NCBI RefSeq assembly: GCF_006345805.1
Contig: NC_043006.1
Location: 78,926,001 to 78,990,000, forward strand
Reading direction: 5' to 3'
Source: Octopus sinensis
Taxonomy: Eukaryota
DNA length: 64,000 nucleotides
The first letter of the stretch is position 1; each line of letters opens with the position of its first letter. Made by a program: the position numbers and the translations under genes. The notes beneath the pieces are model-generated. The model worked only from the letters and a program-made list of their open reading frames with translations, made no database searches and had not been told where the DNA came from. Shown here piece after piece: positions 12,601 through 25,040 of this stretch.

Positions 12601-15600
12601 GACACAAACTCGCGTGTATGCGCCTGCAAAAGTGTAGATTTTTTTTCTTATATAACATTTCACAGTTCTCTCTCACTTTCTCACTCACTGTCTCTTTCCT
12701 TCTCTCTTTCTCTCTCTACTCGTTTCTCATTCAACATTTCTCTCTTTCTTCAGTTAAATGTCCTCTTGGTTCTTATGGTACTAAAATTAATGGTGTCACT
12801 GAATGTAAACCCTGTCCAATTGGAGAGTATAAGGATACTGATGGGAACCAAACCTGCACCCCTTGCCCGGCAAATACATCGACACACTCAGAAGGAAGTA
12901 CAAATGTTAACGATTGTAAAGGTAAGTCTTTTTATACCTCTTCTTCCCAGCTAATCTACAAACAATTTTGTTTTGTCCCCCTTTTGTTTTGATTTTGTTG
13001 GGTTTTTTTTGTTTTTTCTTTTATAAATATGTGCTTAAGGAATTATCGTTTCTGACTGTTGCTTAACCCTTCAACGGCGGATATCATCGATTGATGTTTC
13101 ATCAGAGAACAGCAGACATGGTCGATTGATGTTTCAAAACTTTTGCATGGCTACAAGCACCATTAAAAGAAAGTGAATATTTTACGACACTTTTCAATAA
13201 TGAGACTGGAAATTGTATTGCACGAAAGATTAATAATTTTTGTATTCCAAAGTTAATATTTTTGTATATCGTCTTGCCTCACTTGCTTGTCCATACATAT
13301 ACTCCTCTACCTGCTGAAGTTCAAATCTCTTGAGCACTACGAAGTGTATTCTATACAGAGAGTACCTGTCTCTAATCTAGAATCTATATACGAGTTTAAA
13401 TATGCTTGGGGTATACCGGAGCCCATAAAAAAACCATTCACTGTATTTTGTAATAAAGAAAATTTTTCGCTGTTGACAAATGGTGTACATGCACCTAAAT
13501 CAGCACGCAGCGCCACCTCCCCAAATTGTGAGATACAAGCATTTTGGAGTGGTTAACTCCCCTGCGAGCTGATAAGAGAGATTGTCCCTTATGATATTCT
13601 CATCATTGTTGGATGACTGGTAGCGCTAATCGGTGGATCACCGTAAATAAATTACAGGGTGGTATCGCTAAGTAGTGATGTGTATAAATACAAATTTATT
13701 ACCTTTTCAAATATGCTTGGGCCATATTTGAACCTATAAGAAAGCCATTCCCTGTTTTGTAATGGAGAAAAGTTCTCGCTGTAGACAAATGGTGTAAATA
13801 CACCTATTTATTTAAAGTAAAAATAAGTACAAAGATTCTCAAGATGAAAAATATTTTAGGATTCTTGTTCGTTTTGTTTTGGTGCTGGGGGCGTTTGGCA
13901 CACGCACTCATGCGATCCTTTTCCGCCGTTTAAAGGTTAATAATATTATAAACAGATTTAAGGCAGCTCGCAGAATTGTTACCGCGCCGGGAAAAAAACA
14001 CTTAGCGGCGTTACTCTGACTTTCCGTTCTGAGTTCAAATGCCGCAGGGGTAGATTTTGCATTTCATTTCTTCGGGATTGATAACGCACCAGTTGTAATT
14101 GACTTATCCCGTAGTTGCTCGCCTTGTGCCAAAATTTGAAATCAATATTGTAAATAAATTCAGGACGACAGAAAGCGGATTGGCAACGCTGTATAAAATA
14201 TCTTGAAGTCCTGGAGCAGCTGTCTATGGCTTGAGTTCGAATCCCGCTGAGTTCAGCTTTTCCTTTCATCCTTTCGGAGTCGATTAATAAAATAGCAGTG
14301 CAGGGTGGGTTGGACTGATGAACTTACTAAAGCGTCAGAACTGTTTCCTTGTATTATCTGATGGGGTTCTTTGAGTTCAGATTTGTAATTCCACCAACGT
14401 ACCGATGATAGAAAGCAGCATCCCATCCAACAATCAAATGGCCAGAGTGAACAGGTAGGTAGGACTGCAACTAACATTAACAATCCAGCAATTAAATGCT
14501 GTCATCTTGGTCCAACAAGAGATTGACAACGGTTGAAAGGAATTTAATGTAAAGGTGATGAATTAGCAACATAGATAAAGCAGAACGTCGAACAAAACAG
14601 TCTGCGATATTTACCTAAATCCTTTTACGTTCTGAATTCTTATTCTGCCATGGATGACTTGTCCTTTTATCATTCCAGGCTTGATAATATACTAATCACG
14701 TACTGGAAATTAGTATAAATGCTCCTATACGCCTCCCAAGTGATTTGTGGACGTGTTAAAGGATGTGTGAGATTTCTGATATCGGGTTAAATGACAGTAA
14801 ATTGGCAGATGTAGGTGGAGTAGAGGTCGACGTTCTGCTCCTGACACTTCTCCTGCAGCTGTCTAGCAGCAAACACCATATCGATAGTCCCACGCTCTTT
14901 CCGGAAGCGACACTTGCTCCCAGGTAGTAGAACTTGCTCTAAGTGTGCAATGAGGCGGTTGAGCAACACTGTAGCCAGGATCTTGCCTGTGATGGACAGC
15001 AGTGAAATTCTGCGATGATTGTCGCAGACCTGGTGGTTTCCATTTTGCATGTAGAGGTGGATGATGGGGGTGGATGAAGACCGCAGACAAGCCAGGAAGA
15101 ACAGAACTAACAACCCTGTAGCAGGCGCTACCATTCCCTGTCTACACTGTCAAAGATTCTTTCGGGCGCAGATTGGCCTCACTAGCCATCTGCGGACTTA
15201 CAAAACAAGCCCACCCCACCCCAGGATGACTAGATGGTCTTCGTCGCATCGACGAACAAACTACAAATTGGCAGAGTTGTTAGAGCGTCGGGTGAACGGC
15301 CTTTGCAGTATTTGTCCTTAATCTCTGAGTTCAAATCCCATCAAGATCATTTTTGCCTTTCATTCTTTCGTACTCGGGTCAAAAGAATATCAATCAATCA
15401 AGGAAAGTGGCGAGACCATAAGAAAGCTGGACCAGTTTGCCGGCCGGTGGCATCAGCTGTAGTCTTACTGCCACGTGGTGTATCTTTATTTTGCAGTGCT
15501 TCTCCTCTGTTCGTCAATTGCGATGGCTGGAACGAAGGAACAGCATGCTTCAGTGAAATTCTGGTTTCTTGGGTTTTTTTTTTTTTTGCTGGGGAAACGG

Positions 15601-17352
15601 CGGCCAAAACAGTTGTTCTGCTTCAGACAACTTACAAGGGTGCTGCTTTGAAGAAAGCACAAGTTTACGAGTGGTTTTGACGCTTTAGGAATGGTCACTT
15701 GTCGCTTGAAGACTAACCTTGTTCAGGGCAGGGTGACCGTCAACCTCCCGAACGAATGAAAACGTGAAAATTGAGGAACTGATCTTGGAGGACAGTCACT
15801 GCACAATTGATTAACTTGTTGATATGACTGGTGTGTCCTGGAGCTCCTGCCAACGAATACTGAGCCAGGAATTGCGAATGAAAAGGGGTTGCAATAAAAT
15901 TCGTGCCTCGCTTGCTCACGGAAGATCAAAAACAGTCACAATTGAATGCGTATCGTGAACTGAAAGAATAGGTGGAAGTTGATGCGGATCTTTTTTTGAA
16001 GGGCATCACTGGTGCCAAAAGCTGGTCCTACGGTAAAAAAAATGGCGGAAGCATTAAAAGGCATCACTTCGCAAGAGTTTTAGGATTGCTTCGACCAGTG
16101 GAAAACAGATGCATTGCTTCGAATGGAGAATACTTTGAAGGCAGTAAAAGTGTAAATATGTAAAACTAAGTGAATACAATAACATTGCAAAATTCCGTAT
16201 TCTTTTGGGTACCCCCTCGTATATCTCCCGGTTTAGTTACTGTGCTCATGATTCCACTCAACGGAAATTTTACAAAACTTACCACTAACATTATTATAAT
16301 CTTCCTTGTATATAACAATGAAAGTTTATGTTTTCAATTTAACTGAATTCCCTGTCAGTGTATTAAAAATTTTTTTAAAATACAACATTCAGAGATAAAT
16401 AGTTGTTGTTTTCTATACTTTTTGTTACATTCTAGATATATGCAGCAGCGGTAGCGTTTCAAGTACAAAATTACCACCGTGTACACTCTGTGGAACGAAT
16501 TCATACTACTTGAACGCAACCTATTGTGAATCATGCCCACCTTTAACCAAAAACAGAAACTATGGCTCTCTTTCATCAACCAGCTGCGAATGTAAGTAAT
16601 CACGGAAAGTATAACATTTGTCAACTTCTCACATTTTTTTACCTTTCTGTAGCTTCTCGTAAAGTGAAACTGGTTAACACTTCTTATCTATAATGGGAAT
16701 CATGTCCACTGTTAATCAAAAAGAGAACCTATGGCTCTGTATCAGTAAATAGGTGCGAATGTAAGAGTTCACGGAAGGAATAGCATATATCAAGACCTTG
16801 TGCAGTTATATCATTTTTTTTTCTTTCCGTAGCTTTTCGTAGAGTTAAGCTGACCAATACTTCGTTGTAATTCTTCTTCAAAAACCGTCAGGGAATAGTT
16901 AATTTAAACCACTGGTTTTACCTTTTTTAATGCTCTTTCTTTTGCGCAATGCAACTTAAATTCAGTAAAAATTACTGAAAGAATTAGCAAATACTATTGC
17001 CAGGAATAACCCAGATTAATATGTACTGATTCTACCTCAGTAGTAGAAGCAGAAAAGATACAAACAGGTCATGTCACGTCTGTGTGTCCTCAGGCTGGAG
17101 TGTTCTCTCCTACGACTTAAATCATAAACGCCGGTACAGTTATTTTCGCAAACGTTTAAGTATAAAATCTTTCTTATTTTTCAATTATATAATTTTAATA
17201 TATTAGACTATAAGGAAGGCGAGCTGGCAGAATCGTTAGCATACCAGACAAAATGCTTAGCGGTATTTTGCCAGTCTTTACATTCTCAGTTCAAATTCTA
17301 CCATTGACTTTTGCCCTTCATTCTTTCGGGAAAGATAAAATAAGTACCAGTT

Positions 17353-17389
<37 letters not shown>

Positions 17390-17627
17390 GTTCAGTAAAA
17401 TTTAGATTCAGATGAATATGGTACTTAAGTTGAATGCACCAGAATTTAGTATGGTACTATCCATATAATTTAAAATAAGGTGATTATAATCAAAATAAGC
17501 AACAAGGATATCCAGAGGTAATGCAGTACGATCGTTTTATGCGACTCCATTTAATTGAACAATGCAAACATTACATCAATTTATTTATTTATTTATTTAT
17601 ACATACATACATACATACATACATACA

Positions 17628-17658
<31 letters not shown>

Positions 17659-17808
17659 TTTGTGAACCATTAGTGGTTAATAAAGAAATTAATATCATCA
17701 TCATCATTATTATTATCATCATCGTCATCATTGTTATTTTTATTATTAAGTGAGAGAGCAATGCATGCCATCAAAGTGACACTGGGGTAAAATACATACA
17801 TACATACA

Positions 17809-17842
<34 letters not shown>

Positions 17843-18246
17843 CATACATACAATCATGTAAACAGTGTCATTCAATCACTTTTTAAGCCATCTCTACAAA
17901 TATTCAATAGAATTTAGAGCCACTACTGAAAGTTACGACGAACACGTTTATGTAAGCAATGCGATCGGAGATACAAAAATAGGCAATATATGCATATTTA
18001 TTTTTTGGTTCTCGATCGCATTGTTTACATAGACATCTTTGTATACGAAATATCGTAATTTTCAGTGCCGGTTCTTAATTTTATAGAATATCTGTAGAGA
18101 TAATTCAAAGGGTGACTAGACCTTGCCTCTCATCATTTCGAGGTTGATTACATCCACTAGCCCCTTCCCATAAAATTTTAAACTTTGTGCCTATGAGAAT
18201 AACTACCCATGTGGTATTTTGTGAACCCTTAGTGGTAAATAAAGAA

Positions 18247-18293
<47 letters not shown>

Positions 18294-18861
18294 CATCATC
18301 ATTGTTATTTTTATTATTGAGTTAGAGAGCAGTGAATGCCATCAAAGTGACACTGGGGTAAAATATACGAAGCCCAGTATACCCATCATGTCTACCCGTC
18401 TGATACGAGTACAACAGGCACATGCATCACAACCATACGTGCGCGACATGGTGATCTCATACCAAGATAAATAGCGCATGACTTTGCAGATAGGGCCCAG
18501 TTAGAATTTTCTTCTGGTCGAGTAGACCATCCCGCTCAAAAGGTTCTTGAATAAGGGTTCTTCAAGGATGTTGAACAAAACACCCATGTTTTCAAAGGTG
18601 TATTATTTAAATCCCAGAGAATTCCTCTCAACACAAGACTATGATGCTCCCCAACTACTTCTGCTCGTGATCAGTGGGGAACATATCGTCAGCCACTGAG
18701 GGACATGCTCAACTAGTTAAGGTCAAACAACTGACAAGCAAATCTGTGGTATTAAGCAGAATATTTGCTGTAGCCCATCTTTTATACCAAGACAAAACAA
18801 TGTACATTATAACACTTCCAATTAGTAAGATGAGAAGCCATGAAAGCCACTGCATCAGGGC

Positions 18862-18898
<37 letters not shown>

Positions 18899-18900
18899 GT

Positions 18901-18973
<73 letters not shown>

Positions 18974-21795
18974 CATTATTATTAATACTACTACTTCTTT
19001 ACAGCGCAGTGTAGTAAAGGTCATTATTCCTTCGATGGCTTTGAACCTTGTATAAAGTGTCCTCTAGGTTACTATACCGATGTCACAATGCAAACAACGT
19101 GTTTGGAATGTCCTGATGGAACTACTACTATGATTACTGGGGCAACAAATGCAACTAACTGTGTTTCTGTTGGTAAGTAACTCCAATGACAAAGAAAAAT
19201 GTATTTTCTTTAATCTTCTATGCTTTTGTAGTCATTGAACTGCAGAGAATGGTTTTAGTCTGTCGTGAGAACTCCAATGCAATATTTCAGCTTACTACTT
19301 TCATTGAGTAACTTAAATACATTTTCTTTTGTAGTTTGCATTCCTTCTTATTCTCTTTTCCATCAGATTTTAACGTTTGCTTGATACATTTACATGGATC
19401 ATTTACAGCTGGTTATTTTTAACTGTAACACGCCTCACGTTGTTAAAACAAAGATTCGGTGGGTTCATTTATCTTCTACTTGTTTCAGTCATTTGACTAC
19501 GGCTATGCTAGAACAACGCCTTGAAATTTTAGTCGAATGTATCAACCCAAGTACTTATTTTTTTTAGCCTGGTATTTCCTCTATCGGCTTCTTTACCAAA
19601 CCGCTGAGTTATGAGCACGTAATCACACCAGCACCGGTTGTCAAGCAATAGTGGGACTCAAACACAAAGACATAACAGTAAAAGGAAATACTTTTGTCAA
19701 AGATGTAACACAAGATCATACAGTCTATCCCTATGTAAATTCAATCAAAAACAATTTTATATACCGTAAGAGGTTAAAACAATTTTAGGACTAAATTTCT
19801 TGAAAGACGCTCTCAACCTGTTTCAATTTATTATTTAAGAGTATCAAGGTGGCAAGCTGGCAGAATCATTAGCACGTCGGACAAATTGCTAGCAGCATTT
19901 CAACCGTTTTTATGTTCTGACTTCAAATTCCACCGATGTCGACTTTGCTTGTCATCCTTTCGGAGTTGATGAAATAAATACCAGTACAGCACTGGGGTCG
20001 AAGTAATCGACTTACCCTCTTCCCTCGAAATGCTAGCCTTGTGCCAAAATTGGAAGCCATTATTTAAGATTATACACTACATTCTGAGTTCAAATTCTGC
20101 CGAGGTCGATTTTGCCTTTCATCCTTTCGAGATCGATAAATTAAGTACCAGTGGAACATTGGGGTCGATGAAATCAACTAGTCACCTCCCCTAAATTTCA
20201 AACCTTGTACCTATAGTACAAGGGATAATTTAAGCTTATGGAGAAATTTGATAAAATAATAAACGTTTCCATTATACAACTTGTGTTTTGGACCTAACTA
20301 AAGTGTTTGGCATGAGATTTTAATTTGAATTGGATGGTTCTGTATTGTAGAACCAGGAACAAAATTGACTAGATAATTTTTGCAAGTTTTTCATTTTTTC
20401 CTTTATTTTCAGAAGCAAACATATGCAAAACCAATCCTTGTGCTAATAATGGAACATGCGTGCCAAGTGGACACTCATACAGCTGTAATTGTACTAATGG
20501 TTAGTTAAAACAACTATATTTGTTATCTATGGATATGAAAGTGCTTAACTGAAAACAGGTTCTATTAGCCCGGATTTTATCTAATTTAGGGTAGATTTTA
20601 TCCACCTTAAATTTTGGATTCTTATTCGCATACCCGACAACACTGGTTGCCAAACGTGAATTATGAAATAATTTTTTCAGCTTATCGTACTTCGATACTG
20701 GAAACATTTACAACATCCCGCACCAATAAACCACTATTGTTCCTGAAAGTTTTTTTTTCATTTATATTTTCTACGGATAACTTAAAGCTCACTGCCCGGA
20801 TCTAATCTACTCCATTACTAAACTTTTGCATTTTTAGTAAATGTATCTCAATTCAACAGGCTAATATTATGTGAATAGATAATTTGTAAGAGTTTTTTGT
20901 GTTGGAAAAACCAATTCTAACCGTGTGTGAGTTGATAAGAGAGTAATATCTAGCATTCTTTGGAAAATTCCTAATAATAGCTTCACGAAATTGCAAAGGA
21001 AGATTAGATTCCATTTGCTTCCCATAAGGAATAATTGACCAAATGATTTTATTATTAGTCACCTTATTTTTAGTGTAACTATCTTTGAAAGACATAGATT
21101 TACCTTTAGGACGAAAATAGGGAATAAAATATGGGTTATTTCTCTTCCTCTGTTTGATGTTGGTGTATAAATTAAAATTGATATCGCATACATCCTTACA
21201 ACAAGATTTCATTTCTCCATTAGTAAAGGTAGAATAAGATTGAATGGAATTAATGTAGGTAACTTTCTCTGTATAACCTACTTTAAGTAAGGCAGAGTTA
21301 TAAAATTCGACCTTATCATTGAAAATCTCAACACTAGCAGATAACTTAGACAATCTAAATGAAATATTCTTAACTAAGTTCCTAGTAATTGCCCTAGAAT
21401 GATTACTGAATTTGCTAATATACTTAAGATTGGTCGATGGTTTGTGGTATGGGAAGTACGAATTATTGTGTAAGTTAAGTGTAATATCTAAAAAGTTGGC
21501 CTTCGTTACATCATCATCAAAAACTGTGCTTAATCCCATTCTACGGAAACATTTAACTTATTCTTAACTTTTCGTACTTTTTGGTCGGAAACATTTTGAA
21601 AGTAAACAATTATCAAGATATAGACCTCCATTTATGTTTGGGAACAGTTCTGCCATTTCAAAAAGTATACATATACAGACTAAATCAGCTGCTTGTACTG
21701 AATCAGAGCTTCCCATTGTAACATCAAAACCATACACACTTATAGGTATGCATGCATATATATGTGCGTATTTTTATACATATATACATATGTAT

Positions 21796-21877
<82 letters not shown>

Positions 21878-22314
21878 GACCTACACACCCATTATGTATA
21901 TATTTATGTTTGTATGCCTTGTGTATATATTGTAAATAAACTGTAATCTTTATGTTTTGTGGCTTCTTTTTCTGAGTACAGGATTCACTGGACGAAAGTG
22001 TGAGAAAATGGTAGACCTATGTGCACCTAACCCATGTTACTTCAATAGTACCTGTACAGTGAAAGGTTCAACATTTGAATGTAACTGCCCTGCAGGTACG
22101 TAATATTATGTTTATTAGTATTTTATAGCAAATCTGAAGCTTTTGCGTTCACATATCGATCACCGCCTTCCTTGTATGTATATCTATATATATATGTATA
22201 TATATATATATGTGTGTATATATGTGTGTATATATGTGTGTGTATATATATGTGTATATACATATATATGTATGTATGTATATATATATATGTGTGTGTG
22301 TATATACATATATA

Positions 22315-22376
<62 letters not shown>

Positions 22377-22559
22377 ATATATATGTATGTATGTGTGTGT
22401 GTATATATATGCATATACAAGTGTGTGTGTGTGTGTGTATGTATATAGATAGATGGATAAACTGACTTGGAAATGGATGCGTGGCGTTCAATCGTATAAT
22501 AATAGAAATAAAATATATATATATACATACATATATATATATAATATATATATATATAT

Positions 22560-22591
<32 letters not shown>

Positions 22592-22914
22592 ATGCATATA
22601 TGGGTACAGGGCTGCTGAAAAGAACTGGGATCTATCTATGTATATTTTAATAATTTTATGTTTTTCTACCAGGAACCAATGGGACACGGTGTGAAATTAT
22701 ACAGAAAACTTGTACACCTAACTTCTGCTTAAACGGTGGAATATGTATCAACAAGTTGAATTCGACCGAATGTCATTGTCCAAATGGATTTACTGGCGAC
22801 CGGTATGTTTTCTTTAATCTCTTACTTGCTTCAGTTACTGGTCAGCGGCTATGCAGAGGCACCTCCTTGAAGGGTATAGTCAAACAAATATTTACTTGGG
22901 ACCGATATAATAAT

Positions 22915-22980
<66 letters not shown>

Positions 22981-23285
22981 GAGGCGCAATAGCCCAGTGG
23001 TTCGGGCAGTGGAATCGCGGTCTGATGATCGCGGTTTCGATTCCCAGACCATGCGTTGTGAGTGTTTATTGAGCGAAAACACCTGAAGCTCCACGAGGCT
23101 CCGGCAGGAGGTGGTGGCGATCCCTGCTGTACTCTTTCGCCACAACTTTCTCTCACTCTTTCTTCTGTTGGCCTGCTCGCTTAGCCCGTGGGGTGGCGTC
23201 ATTTTAAGGCTAAAACAATGCGAAGCGCATTGTGACCACCGATGTGTAGCAACATCTGATAGCCTGGTCGGTCACTGTGATCACG

Positions 23286-23356
<71 letters not shown>

Positions 23357-23511
23357 GGTTATTGACAATGTTATCTTCATATTTGGCATTAGAATTTTTC
23401 TTTTGCTCTTATTTTGTAAATTATTTATAAATTTAACCTTTAAAGGTATTTTTTGATATGCTGGCCATTGATAAAATTTTTTTCTCGAAAAAATATTTTA
23501 TCCTACATTAG

Positions 23512-23581
<70 letters not shown>

Positions 23582-25007
23582 TAATATATATATATGAATG
23601 ATCACCTGATCAACTAGACTATAAGATGACGTTATACATCTCTGGTCACGATGCGCTTGCATCGGTTTTTCTTTTCAATGATACAACCCTACTGACTACC
23701 CTGATCGTAAAGTTAGTTCGCCGATAATATCTGGCCCAGTTGTTTACCTGGATACGAATCGGCATATTCGTTAGAGCGTTGGAGATAGTATTTCGTGGCA
23801 TTTGATCTGACTCTCTCCGCTTTGAGTTCAAATCTGCCAACGTAACCTTTGCCTTTACCCTTCTAGGATCGATTTTAAAAAGTGCTAATCCAAGGCGCTG
23901 GACCAGCGACACTATATGCCTTCTTTAACTCCACCAGCTGGCACCTTGGATGTCTTTGGCAGAGTCCATTCTGCGGAAAGTACTCAGGCTTTGCATCTGG
24001 CTTGAGGACGTCTTCCTTTTCATCGCCTCACTGTAGTGTCAGAGGCCATGTAAAGTGTCATGAACAATGCCTTTCCTCCTCCAATGGTCTTGTCTACTTA
24101 ACTGTAAATAGATACAGCAAGGGAGAAACAAGTGAGCCTACGAGCTGTGACGAAGATTTTATGATTAATTCGTTATATTTTATGATTAATTCGTTCCGAG
24201 TTCAATTCTTTCTATGGCCAAAATAGCAACCTTACCAACAATGTTGGCTTCTGTGTTATCGCTTAACTTGTAAGAAATAATAAAATGCTTCTGCTGAAAA
24301 ATTGGCTTTTATTTCTAGCAAGTCGAAGATAATTGCCACGGTTAGAATGTCCCTGAACATAGGTCTTCTCAATCAGAGTGAACTTGGAATCAAACAATAA
24401 CAATGATTACCTGTTACAGATCAATGTCCCAGCAGTTCGACTTTAATCTACTTAGTAGTATAAAGATATTGGCACCAGAACATAGGGACTTTGCGGATTG
24501 ATAAAATATTAGTCTATTTTTATACAATGAGATTTTAAAATATGTTTTAAGGATACATGATGTAGCACAAAGTATCGTCATTTTTTAATTCTTTTTCTAG
24601 TTTCAGTCATTGGAAAATGCGTTTAATTATAGGGATTGTTATAGTCAGGAGGGAAGACATTTTCATGACTCTCTACAGAGCCTGCATGACTCCAAGGAAG
24701 GAAGGAGACATGACCCTAATTCTTGTAACAGAATGAACTCCGCTAAATGCAGTCAACGTTGCATGCAGTGACATTGAATCGAGCGACGAATGAAGTCTAC
24801 CACCAAAGTGGATATGACCGATTAAATATCTTAAAGATGTTTTAGTCGATCATATCAACCCCTAGTCTTTGTTTCAGCCTTATATTTATTTTTCTCAGTA
24901 TGTATTTGTCGAACCATTAAATTATGTGACGTACAAGGGTACTACAAATAACAAAATGGTCCTTTTGTTTAGTGTAAACTATGATTACGCTACTCAGTCA
25001 TAAATAC

Positions 25008-25040
<33 letters not shown>

